Positions 19,592 through 27,864 of a stretch of DNA of 64,000 nucleotides are shown piece by piece (positions within the stretch are counted from its first letter, which is position 1; the number at the start of each line of letters is the position of its first letter). The notes under the pieces were generated by a model, which saw nothing but the letters and a program-made list of their open reading frames with translations, did not search any database and had not been told where the DNA came from. Source of the stretch: an uncultured Gaiellaceae bacterium (GTDB taxonomy: Bacteria; Actinomycetota; Thermoleophilia; Gaiellales; Gaiellaceae); contig CAWBKK010000006.1 of assembly GCA_963789355.1 (NCBI GenBank), forward strand, positions 14,774 through 78,773. The letters run 5' to 3'. The position numbers were made by a program, and so were the translations under genes.

Positions 19592-21216
19592 CCGTAGAGG
19601 AGCAGCAGCGCGTCGGTCGGAGCGTAGTCGTCCGTGAGCACGGGCACGTCCTCCGTCGGCACCGGCGCGTCGACGCGCCCCTTGATCGCCACGGTCAGGT
19701 CGGGCGCGCCCGGTGACTGCTTCCGCAGCTCCGCCCAGCGCTCCTGCAGGAACTCCTTCGACGGTGCGGCGCCCTCGCCGGCGACGAGGATCACGTTCCT
19801 GATCCCGGTCAGGTCGAGCTCGCCCTCGCCCCGGACCGGATGGATCGCGACCGTGGGGAAGACGGTGCGATAGGTCCGCAGCATCGAGCGGAAGAGCCGT
19901 GAGTCGGCGCCGCGAACGGCCCCGATGATGTTCGTCGAGACGACGCCACCGGGAGCCAGCCGCGCCCGCGCGAGCTGGAGGAACTCCCTGGTCGCGAGGT
20001 GGAAGGGGATCGAGTCCGAGTAGAACGCATCGATCACGATCGCATCCCATGGACCCTCGTTGGCCGCGAGGAAGCGGCGGCCGTCGTCGACCTCGACACG
20101 CAGGCGCGGGTCGCGCGGCAACGCGAAGTACTCGTACGCGACATCGACCACCTCGGGGTCGAGCTCCACCGCATCGATCCGCGTCGCCGGGAAGTCGCGC
20201 CACGTCCGCTTCGGCGCGGAGCCGCCGCCGAGGCCGATGTAGAGGATCCGCCGCGTTCCCGGCTTGTAGGCGAGCGGCAGCTGCAGGTAGTCGGAGTACT
20301 CGAAGCGCGTCCGGAACGGATCGTCCTTGAACATCCCGCTCTGGAACGAGCTGTCGAAGCGCAGGTAGCGGCTGTCGTCGTCCTCCACCACCGCGATCCG
20401 GTGGTACTGAGAGTCCTTCGTGTGGAGGATGGTGTAGCCGGACTGCGTGTCCTCGAGCGAGCCGACGCGGTCGTCGTCGCGCTGCTGGCGGTAGACGGGC
20501 GACCAGTTCCGCAGCTGCGAGGCGGCGACCGTGCCGCCCTTGTCCGGCGCCAGCGAGACGACGGCGCCGAGACTCGCGCCGGCCAGCGCGAGCGCGACCG
20601 CACCGGCCAGCACGAGCCGCTCGACCAGCGCGACGGCCGCGGCCGCGAGCATCAGCGCGACCGCTGCCGAGGCGAGCACCTGGTCGGTTCCGAGCTCGGG
20701 GATCAGCCAGAACGACGTCGCGAAGGTGCCGGCAATGGAGCCGGCGGTCGAGATCGCGAAGAGCCGCCCGGCGGTGCGTCCGAGCTCGTCGAGCGAGTGC
20801 GCCTTCAGCCGCACCGCAATCGGCGAGACCGTGCCGAGGATGACGCTCTGGGCGCCGAAGAGGAAGATCGTCGCGAGCAGAGGGTTCAGCCGCGGGCCTG
20901 GATCCCAGTCGACGAGCCGGTCGAGCACCCAGCCGTCTGCAAACGGGATCGCGAGCACGAGCACCGAGGCGACGCCGAGCATCGCGACGAGCAGCCGCGG
21001 CGTCGGCCAGCGATCGGCGATCGCGCCGCCGACCCAGTAGCCGGTCGAAAGGCCCGCGAGGACGATCCCGATCAACGCCCCCCAGACGTAGAGCGAGTTG
21101 CCGAAGTAAGGGGCCAAGACCCGGCTCGCGGCGATCTCGAGCCCGAGCAGCGCGCCTCCGGCGAGAAAGACCGCGACCGCGATTGCGATCGAGCTGCGTC
21201 CGGGGGCGGTTCGCAC
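19588..21216 (-). CDS. Membrane-anchored spermidine-synthase-like (polyamine aminopropyltransferase family) protein
   Basis: 542 aa. About 220-aa multi-TM N-terminus, then ILYIGLGGGS and IDAVELDPEVV methyltransferase-fold motifs. GTG start overlaps the upstream stop (TAGTG). Confidence 0.75.
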   Translation of the reverse strand: MRTAPGRSSIAIAVAVFLAGGALLGLEIAASRVLAPYFGNSLYVWGALIGIVLAGLSTGYWVGGAIADRWPTPRLLVAMLGVASVLVLAIPFADGWVLDRLVDWDPGPRLNPLLATIFLFGAQSVILGTVSPIAVRLKAHSLDELGRTAGRLFAISTAGSIAGTFATSFWLIPELGTDQVLASAAVALMLAAAAVALVERLVLAGAVALALAGASLGAVVSLAPDKGGTVAASQLRNWSPVYRQQRDDDRVGSLEDTQSGYTILHTKDSQYHRIAVVEDDDSRYLRFDSSFQSGMFKDDPFRTRFEYSDYLQLPLAYKPGTRRILYIGLGGGSAPKRTWRDFPATRIDAVELDPEVVDVAYEYFALPRDPRLRVEVDDGRRFLAANEGPWDAIVIDAFYSDSIPFHLATREFLQLARARLAPGGVVSTNIIGAVRGADSRLFRSMLRTYRTVFPTVAIHPVRGEGELDLTGIRNVILVAGEGAAPSKEFLQERWAELRKQSPGAPDLTVAIKGRVDAPVPTEDVPVLTDDYAPTDALLLLYG

Positions 21217-21707
21217 TACGGCAGCTCGCGCACGAGCACGGCGTCGATCCCAGCCCGCTCGAGCTCGTCGATCTGCGGCTGGGTCGCCTCGCGCAGGTCA
21301 GCGATCGCGAGCTTGCCCGCGGGCAGGTCGGAGAGCAGGTCGAGCACGTGCTCGAGCCGGTCACCGTCGTCCGGCGCAGCGAGCACGAAGAGCTCGGGGT
21401 CGAAGCGCTCGAGCGCCTCGTCGAGCTCGGTTTCCCGCTCGACCTGCACGACGAGCTCGACGCCCTCTCCGAGCTCGACGTCCTCGTCGCCCGGACAGAC
21501 GATGCGTGCGTCGCCCGCCGATCCCGCCGAGGTGACGATCGGGAGCGCCGTCGACGCGCGGATCGCGTCGAGCGCGTCCTCTGCGAGGAGCGCCTCCGCC
21601 CCGCCCGCCTCGGCGCGCCGGGCCTCGTCGGCGTCGCGGACGGCGACGATCAGCGAGATCCCGTCGCCCTCGGAGATGGCCTGACTCAGACGTCTGGGGC
21701 CGGTCAC
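21216..21707 (-). CDS. Short degenerate indole-3-glycerol-phosphate-synthase-like protein
   Basis: GTG 21707, 163 aa. Blocks GISLIVAV, GGAEALL, LDAIRASTALPIV, ELVVQVERETELDEAL and AGIDAVLV follow TrpC order, but about 100 aa and the KRASPS-type block are missing. Confidence 0.4.
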   Translation of the reverse strand: MTGPRRLSQAISEGDGISLIVAVRDADEARRAEAGGAEALLAEDALDAIRASTALPIVTSAGSAGDARIVCPGDEDVELGEGVELVVQVERETELDEALERFDPELFVLAAPDDGDRLEHVLDLLSDLPAGKLAIADLREATQPQIDELERAGIDAVLVRELP

Positions 21708-21734
21708 TCGGCTGAATGTACCCGAGCCGCTACG

Positions 21735-23216
21735 GTGCGGATCGTGCGGGGGCGCATCGCGATCGTCTTTCTCCTTGTGGCGTTGCCGGCCGTCGCGTTC
21801 GCCGCGGCGCGCCCCGCGATCGTCGGAACGCAGCGCGCCGACGTGCTGCTTGGCCGCGACGGCTCCGACCGGGTCGAAGCGCGCGCGGGCAACGACCGGA
21901 TTGCGGTCGAGTACGACAGCGGGCTCGACGACGTCTCCTGCGGTGCCGGCCGGGACATCGTCACTGCAGATCTCCGCGACCGTATCCGCGCGGGCTGCGA
22001 GGTCGTCGGCCGCCGCATCCACCGCGACCGCCACACCAACCCGGAGAGCCAGCACGAGTCCGAGGTCGAGCCGGACTCGCAGACGGTCGGCGCGACCACC
22101 GTTGCCCTCTTCCAGGTCGGACGGAACCGGTCGGGCGGCGCCGCGAGCATCGGCTTCTCGACCTCGAAGGACAGCGGCCGCACGTGGCGTGAAGGGATTC
22201 TCCCGGGGCTGACGACGGCCTCACGGCCGGCAGGCACGTCGGCTCGCGCCAGCGACCCAGTGCTGGCGTTCGACGCGGTGCACGGCGTCTGGCTCGCGAA
22301 CACGCTCGCGCTCGCGCCGGGCGTGACCAGGCTGACGATCCAGCGCTCGACGGACGGGCTGACGTGGACGGGCCCGATCGATGCGGCCGTCGCGCAGACG
22401 GCCGATCTCGCCTACGACAAGAACTGGCTGGCGTGCGACAACGGCGCGGCGAGCCCGTTTCGCGGCCGCTGTTACCTCGCATACACCTTGATCGGCGACC
22501 GGGGCGACGACCTCGCCGTCCAACGCTCCGACGACGGCGGCCGGACCTGGTCGGCTCCCGTCACGCGCCGGCTCCCGGTCACGGGCGTGATCCCCGTCGT
22601 CCAGCCCGACGGCAGGCTCGTGCTCGCGTTCTGGTCGGGGCGCACCGGGATGGTCTCCGTCACGTCCAGGGACGGAGGCGTCACGCTCGACGAGCCCGTC
22701 CTGATCTCGACCCTGTCCGCCCGCAACGCGAGGCCGTTCCGGGCGCCACCCTTGATCGCAGCCGAGCTGGAGCGGAGCGGCACCGTGCTGGCGACGTGGC
22801 AGGACTGCCGCTTCCAGAGCAACTGCGCGGCGAACGACGTCGTCATCTCGCGCTCGGCGGACGGGACGACGTGGACGACGCCGGTGCGGGTGACGTCGGG
22901 CCGCAACGTCGTCCTGCCGACGATCGGCGTCGAGCCCGGGAGCGGCAGGCTCGCGATCGCCTACTACGTGATCCAGCGCAACGGGATCGACGCCGAGCTG
23001 ATCACGTCCGCGGACGGGACCCGTTGGAGCGCGCCGCAGCGCCTGAACGCCCGCCGGATGCCGGTCGAATGGATGCCGCAGACGACGCTCGGCCGGATGC
23101 TGGCCGACTACATCGGCGTCAGCTGGGTCCGGGGGCGTCCGCTCGTCGTGCTCGCGCTCGCCTCGCCGCCGGTGAGCGGCCGGCTGCATCAGGCGATCTA
23201 CGCCGTCCGCGGCTAG
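21735..23216 (+). CDS. Secreted BNR/Asp-box beta-propeller (sialidase-like) protein with N-terminal RTX-like repeats
   Basis: GTG 21735 (or 21744). Signal IAIVFLLVALPAVAFAAA. GTQRADVLLGRDGSDRVEARAGNDRI. Asp-boxes SKDSGRTW, STDGLTW, SDDGGRTW, SADGTTW, SADGTRW. Confidence 0.7.
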   Translation: MRIVRGRIAIVFLLVALPAVAFAAARPAIVGTQRADVLLGRDGSDRVEARAGNDRIAVEYDSGLDDVSCGAGRDIVTADLRDRIRAGCEVVGRRIHRDRHTNPESQHESEVEPDSQTVGATTVALFQVGRNRSGGAASIGFSTSKDSGRTWREGILPGLTTASRPAGTSARASDPVLAFDAVHGVWLANTLALAPGVTRLTIQRSTDGLTWTGPIDAAVAQTADLAYDKNWLACDNGAASPFRGRCYLAYTLIGDRGDDLAVQRSDDGGRTWSAPVTRRLPVTGVIPVVQPDGRLVLAFWSGRTGMVSVTSRDGGVTLDEPVLISTLSARNARPFRAPPLIAAELERSGTVLATWQDCRFQSNCAANDVVISRSADGTTWTTPVRVTSGRNVVLPTIGVEPGSGRLAIAYYVIQRNGIDAELITSADGTRWSAPQRLNARRMPVEWMPQTTLGRMLADYIGVSWVRGRPLVVLALASPPVSGRLHQAIYAVRG

Positions 23217-24175
23217 CCGGCCGCCGCCGCGAGCTGCGCCGCGAGGGCGCGAACGCTCTGCCGCAACTCGTTCGGCCGGCGGATCGTGAAGCCACAGCCG
23301 AGTCCGGCGAGGACGGTCGCCATCCAGTCGAGCGAGCCGACGCGCATGCGCAGCAGCGTTCCCTCGGACTCCTCGACGAGCTCGGCAAGCGTGGCGGGTA
23401 TCCGACGCGCCGCCTCGTCCACCGGGAGGTCGAGCAGCACCTCCACCTCCCACCTCCAGGGCACGCTTGCGAGCGACCGGGTCACGTGCGCGACCGCGTC
23501 GAAACCGTCGGGCGGCGGGAGCGCGGCTGCTTCCGTGAGCGTCGTCCGCCACATCCGGTCGACCCGGAACGTGCGCAGGTCGTCCCTCGTGTGATCGTGC
23601 GCGGCCAGATACCAGCGGCCCGAGTGGACGACCAGGCCGTGCGGGCTCAGCTCGCGCTCGGACTCGTCCCCCGCGAACGTCCGATACGCCGTCCGCAACC
23701 GGCGCCGGCGGCGGATCGAGTCGGCGAGCAGGAGCACCGTGGCCGCGTCCGCGGGAGCGCCGCCCCTGGTCGCAGTGAAGCCGAGCGTTTCCTCGAGCGC
23801 CTCGACCTGCCGGCGCAGTGTCGCGGGCAAGACGCGATTGATCTTCGCGAGTGCACCGTCGACGGCCGCGGCGGACCCGTCACTACCCGAGCCGCGAGTC
23901 GCGAGCAGGCCGAGCACGACCACCACCGCCTCCTCGTCGCCCAGCATCAGCGGGGGCAGCCGGTACCCCGGCCGAATCCGGTAGCCACCGCCGACGCCGC
24001 GCTGCCCCTCGACCGGAATCCCGAGCTCCTGCAGGACGCCGACGTACCGGCGGGCCGTGCGCGCATCGATCCCGAGCCGCTCGGCGATCTCGCGGCCGGT
24101 CGTCAGCGGCCGGGTCTGCAGCAGCTCGAGCAGCTCGAGCAGGCGCGAGGTGGGTGAGCCCATGCGCGCAGTCAA
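23213..24175 (-). CDS. YafY-family transcriptional regulator (HTH + WYL domain)
   Basis: N-terminal HTH TGREIAERLGIDARTARRYVGVLQELGIPV. WYL block HGLVVHSGRWYLAAHDH...LRTFRVDRM. TTG at 24175 or ATG at 24163. Confidence 0.85.
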   Translation of the reverse strand: MTARMGSPTSRLLELLELLQTRPLTTGREIAERLGIDARTARRYVGVLQELGIPVEGQRGVGGGYRIRPGYRLPPLMLGDEEAVVVVLGLLATRGSGSDGSAAAVDGALAKINRVLPATLRRQVEALEETLGFTATRGGAPADAATVLLLADSIRRRRRLRTAYRTFAGDESERELSPHGLVVHSGRWYLAAHDHTRDDLRTFRVDRMWRTTLTEAAALPPPDGFDAVAHVTRSLASVPWRWEVEVLLDLPVDEAARRIPATLAELVEESEGTLLRMRVGSLDWMATVLAGLGCGFTIRRPNELRQSVRALAAQLAAAAG

Positions 24176-24247
24176 GCACGGATAGCGGGCGGAAACCGCC
24201 CTATTTGCCCTCTAGGCTGGTCTGGAACCCGAGAGAGGAGCAGAGCG

Positions 24248-24724
24248 ATGAGCGACGTCGGCGATTTCGACTTCTGGATGGGCGAGTGGACCGTCCACAA
24301 CCGGCGGCTGCGAGATCGGCTCGCGGGCTCGGACGAGTGGGACGAGTTCGAGGCGACGAGCGAGGCGTGGCCGATCCTCGGCGGCCTCGGCAACGAGGAC
24401 GTCTTCCGCACCGACCACGACGGCGGCTTCGTCGGCATGTCGTTCCGCTTCTTCGACCCGACCACGCGCCAGTGGTCGATCTACTGGGCGGACAGCCGCC
24501 GCCCCGGGCTGCTCGACCCGCCGGTGATCGGCTCGTTCACGGGCGACACCGGCGTCTTCGAGGGCGACGACACGTTCAAGGGCAAGCCGATCCGCGTCCG
24601 CTTCACCTGGTCGCGGGTGACGACACCGAGCCCGCGCTGGGAGCAGGCGTTCTCGGCCGACGGCGGCGAGACCTGGGAGACGAACTGGGTCAACGACTTC
24701 ACTCGCGTGGGAGGAGGCGAATGA
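24248..24724 (+). CDS. Hypothetical protein (possibly DUF1579/lipocalin-like)
   Basis: 158 aa with GAGAGGAG RBS. DFDFWMGEWTVHN ... RWEQAFSADGGETWETNW. Family assignment is from memory only. Confidence 0.55.
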   Translation: MSDVGDFDFWMGEWTVHNRRLRDRLAGSDEWDEFEATSEAWPILGGLGNEDVFRTDHDGGFVGMSFRFFDPTTRQWSIYWADSRRPGLLDPPVIGSFTGDTGVFEGDDTFKGKPIRVRFTWSRVTTPSPRWEQAFSADGGETWETNWVNDFTRVGGGE

Positions 24725-25206
24725 GCGTCGTCGAGGCCGGCTACACGCACGCGACGAAGGCGATCACGCCCGCGCGGCCGATCACGCTTCGCGAGAGCGT
24801 GCTCAAGTGGTACGACCTCGCCCCGGCGGAGGAGCCGGTGCCGCCGGACCTGCACGTGCAGGCGCGCGGCACCCTGCTTGCGGCGGCCGATTACGGCCTG
24901 CTCGACCTGGAGGACGACCTCGGCTTCGTCATCCTCCACCGCTGCGGCGAGAGCTTCTACTTCCTGATCGTCTCGACCTGGCGGAACGACAACGAGCTCT
25001 GGGAGACCGTCTGGGCCAAGAACGGCGAGGCGGACGTCGCGTTCCACCCGTGGCCGCTCACGGGAACGCACCGTCCCACGTACTGCGTCTGGGAGCTCGG
25101 CGCGGTCTGGCACGAGCAGCAGGCGTGGAGCCGTTTCCTCCGCTCAGAACGGGGAGCCGCCGAGCGGGAGGCCTACCTGCGCGACACGTTCGCAGGCGCG
25201 GTCTGA
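24721..25206 (+). CDS. Hypothetical protein
   Basis: 161 aa. ATG overlaps the upstream stop (ATGA). High-GC3 frame. No motif recognised. Confidence 0.5.
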   Translation: MSVVEAGYTHATKAITPARPITLRESVLKWYDLAPAEEPVPPDLHVQARGTLLAAADYGLLDLEDDLGFVILHRCGESFYFLIVSTWRNDNELWETVWAKNGEADVAFHPWPLTGTHRPTYCVWELGAVWHEQQAWSRFLRSERGAAEREAYLRDTFAGAV

Positions 25207-25207
25207 G

Positions 25208-25450
25208 CTAGGCGGGTTTGCCGGCCGCGATCCAGCGTTCGAAGGTGTCGACTCGCTCCTGCGGCCACGCGGCATCGCAGGGCATGGTGCCCTCCTCCAG
25301 CCGGTCGAGGATGGCGTCGGCGTTCTGGCTGACCTCCTCGTGCGACCAGAGATCGAAGGCGAAGGTCATCGCGACCCGGTCTTGATCGCGGAAGAGCGGC
25401 TTGATGTGCTCCTCGAAGCTGGGTGGTTCGTCACTGGTCGGTGTGGCCAC
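25208..25450 (-). CDS. Hypothetical small protein
   Basis: 80 aa. GTG start with GAGGAGG RBS 6 nt upstream. No motif recognised. Confidence 0.5.
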   Translation of the reverse strand: MATPTSDEPPSFEEHIKPLFRDQDRVAMTFAFDLWSHEEVSQNADAILDRLEEGTMPCDAAWPQERVDTFERWIAAGKPA

Positions 25451-25499
25451 GGAAGCCTCCTCGCGTTGTCGGGCGAAGGCGGAAACGGGGAACCTCGTG

Positions 25500-26297
25500 C
25501 TACTGGCCGATCGGGTGCCAGACCGTCTTCAGCTCGAGGAACTTCGAGATCGTCCACGGGCTCTGCTCGTCCGGCGTGCCGTGAACGACCCGCTTGACGT
25601 TGTCGGCCGCGAGCCGCTCGAGGTCGGCGGACGTTCCATTCGCGCCGGTCAGGTCGATCGCGTTCACGTCCATGTGCCCGGCGAGGATCGGCGCGAGCTC
25701 GTCCTGGAGCCCGGTGAGGATGTTGACGACGCCGCCCGGGAGGTCCGAGGTTGCGATCGCCTCGGCCAGCTCGAGGGCCGCGAGCGGGTGCGACTCCGAC
25801 GCGACCACGACGGCCGCGTTGCCGCCGACGATCACGGGTGCGATCCGCGAGACGAGGCCCGCCAGCGCCGGCTCTTCCGGTGCGAGCACGGCGACGACAC
25901 CTGTCGGCTCCGGGATCGAGAAGTTGAAGTACGGGCCTGAGACGGGGTTTGAGGAGCCGAGCACCTGCGCCAGCTTGTCCGCCCAGCCGGCGTACCAGAC
26001 GACGCGGTCGATCGCCGCCTCGACCTCCTTCTTGCCGGAACAGACCGCTGCGAGGTCGGCGGTGCGCGTCTCCATCATCTCCGCGAGCCGGTAGAGCACC
26101 TGGCCGCGGTTGTACGCCGTCGCGGCCGCCCAGCCCGGCAACGCCTTCCGTGCCGCGACGACGGCCTCACGCGCGTCTTTGCGCGAGGCGCGCGAGACGT
26201 TCTGACCCTCCGCCTCGTACGTGCGGCCCGACTCGGAGCGCGGGAAGGCGCCGCCGATGAAGAGCTTGTACGTCTTGCGGACGGGCAACCGGGTCAA
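25500..26297 (-). CDS. Aldehyde-dehydrogenase-family protein, truncated (no catalytic-Cys region)
   Basis: 265 aa. ALDH N-terminal and NAD-binding pattern (YKLFIGGAF, GVVAVLAPEE, LPGGVVNILTG), jumping directly to an ALDH-like C-terminal end (LELKTVW). TTG start. Confidence 0.65.
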   Translation of the reverse strand: MTRLPVRKTYKLFIGGAFPRSESGRTYEAEGQNVSRASRKDAREAVVAARKALPGWAAATAYNRGQVLYRLAEMMETRTADLAAVCSGKKEVEAAIDRVVWYAGWADKLAQVLGSSNPVSGPYFNFSIPEPTGVVAVLAPEEPALAGLVSRIAPVIVGGNAAVVVASESHPLAALELAEAIATSDLPGGVVNILTGLQDELAPILAGHMDVNAIDLTGANGTSADLERLAADNVKRVVHGTPDEQSPWTISKFLELKTVWHPIGQ

Positions 26298-26380
26298 CGA
26301 GAGCTCCCGAAGCGGCGGTCGCCGAGCACGAGCGCGACAACGCCGGCGAGCAACAACAGCGGCACGCGGAAGCGCTTCAC
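26294..26380 (-). CDS. Candidate 28-codon hydrophobic mini-ORF bridging the two ALDH genes
   Basis: VKRFRVPLLLLAGVVALVLGDRRFGSSR. GTG overlaps the ALDH stop (GTGA), and its TGA overlaps the TTG start of the truncated ALDH (TTGA). 25 of 28 codons end in G or C. Confidence 0.3.
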   Translation of the reverse strand: MKRFRVPLLLLAGVVALVLGDRRFGSSR

Positions 26381-27864
26381 GCCGCGTCCTCGAAGGTGAG
26401 ATACGGCTCGAGCCCGTGCCGGCCGCCCTCGCGGCCGAAGCCCGACTCCTTGTAGCCCCCGAACGGCGACGCGGGGTCGAAGCGGTTGAACGTGTTCGCC
26501 CAGACGACGCCCGCCTTCAGCTTGTCCGCCATCCAGAGGATCCGCGAGCCCTTCTCCGTCCAGACTCCGGCGGAGAGCCCGTACGCGGTGTTGTTCGCCT
26601 TCTCGACCGCCTCCTCAGGGGTGCGGAAGGTGAGCACCGAGAGGACCGGGCCGAAGATCTCCTCCTGCGCGATCCGGTAGCTCTGGGCGACGTTCGTGAA
26701 CACGGTCGGCGCGAACCAGTAGCCCTTCTCAGGCAGGCGGCAGGCCGGCTGGAAGATCTCCGCGCCCTCGTCCTTGCCCGACTGGACGAGCTCCGTGATC
26801 CGGTCGAGCTGCATCTGCGAGTTGATCGCGCCGATGTCCGTGTTCTTGTCCAGCGGATCGCCGAGCCGGAGCGTCTCGAGCCGCTGCTTCAGCTTCGCGA
26901 TCGTCGACTCGTAGATCGACTCCTGCACGAGCAGGCGGGAGCCGGCGCAGCAGACGTGGCCCTGGTTGAAGTAGATCCCGTTGACGATCCCCTCGACCGC
27001 CTGATCGAGCGCGGCGTCGTCGAAGATGATGTTCGCTGCCTTGCCGCCGAGCTCGAGCGTCAGCTTCGTGCCCGTGCCGGCGAGCTCGCGCTGAATCGCC
27101 TTGCCGACCTCGGTCGAGCCGGTGAAGGCGATCTTGTCGACGTCCTCGTGCTTGACGAGCGCGGCGCCGGCGCGGCCGTCGCCGGTGACGATGTTGACGA
27201 CGCCCGGCGGCAACTCGGCCTGGCGGCAGATGTCGGCGAAGAAGAGCGCCGTCAGCGGCGTCGTCTCGGCCGGCTTCAGCACGACCGTGTTCCCGGCCGC
27301 GAGCGCGGGCGCGATCTTCCACGCGAGCATCAGGAGCGGAAAGTTCCAGGGGATGATCTGGCCGGCGACCCCGACGGGCTTCGGCTTCCGCGCCGGGAAC
27401 GCGTACTCGAGCTTGTCCGCCCAGCCCGCGTAGTAGAAGAAGTGCGCCGCTGCGAGGGGCAGGTCGACGTCGCGGCTCTCGCGGATCGGCTTGCCGCCGT
27501 CGAGGCTCTCGAGCACGGCCAGCTCCCGCGAGCGCTCCTGGAGGAGGCGCGCGATCCGGAAGAGGTACTTCGAGCGCTCCGAGGCGACGAGCTTCGACCA
27601 GCCGTCCTCATAGGCCGCCCGCGCCGCCTTGACGGCGAGATTGACGTCCTGCTCGTTCGCCTGCGCCACCTCGGCGAGCTTGTCCTCGCTCGAGGGCGAC
27701 ACCGACGGGAACCACTCGGCCGACTTCGGCTTCACGAACTTGCCTCCGATGAAGAGGCCGTAGCGCTTCTCGAGCTGGACGATCTCGCGCGCCTCGGGCG
27801 CAGGCGCGTACTCCCACTCGGTCAGGGCCGGAACGGGCGCGTGGCGCTTCGCGAGCTCGCTCAT
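26377..27864 (-). CDS. NAD(P)-dependent aldehyde dehydrogenase
   Basis: Start MSELAKRH at 27864 (ATGA overlap with the deoC stop). IIPWNFPLLM, FTGSTEVG, ELGGKA, NQGHVCCAGSRL (catalytic Cys), EEIFGPV. Confidence 0.9.
   Translation of the reverse strand: MSELAKRHAPVPALTEWEYAPAPEAREIVQLEKRYGLFIGGKFVKPKSAEWFPSVSPSSEDKLAEVAQANEQDVNLAVKAARAAYEDGWSKLVASERSKYLFRIARLLQERSRELAVLESLDGGKPIRESRDVDLPLAAAHFFYYAGWADKLEYAFPARKPKPVGVAGQIIPWNFPLLMLAWKIAPALAAGNTVVLKPAETTPLTALFFADICRQAELPPGVVNIVTGDGRAGAALVKHEDVDKIAFTGSTEVGKAIQRELAGTGTKLTLELGGKAANIIFDDAALDQAVEGIVNGIYFNQGHVCCAGSRLLVQESIYESTIAKLKQRLETLRLGDPLDKNTDIGAINSQMQLDRITELVQSGKDEGAEIFQPACRLPEKGYWFAPTVFTNVAQSYRIAQEEIFGPVLSVLTFRTPEEAVEKANNTAYGLSAGVWTEKGSRILWMADKLKAGVVWANTFNRFDPASPFGGYKESGFGREGGRHGLEPYLTFEDAA

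Noticed and set aside
19184-21364. Long R/A/G-rich ORFs in alternative frames or antisense to real genes (for example 19184-21364, 19999-21684, 626-1321, 2014-3186, 8054-9061, 9071-10177, 11621-13225, 22221-23552, 26221-27882, 31189-32439, 32905-34500, 35129-37069, 43160-45649, 48626-50458, 54081-56093, 57502-58812)
   Set aside because: This is a typical high-GC artefact. They show no motifs and Arg/Ala/Gly/Pro-dominated composition, and each overlaps a gene with clear family signatures on the other strand or frame.
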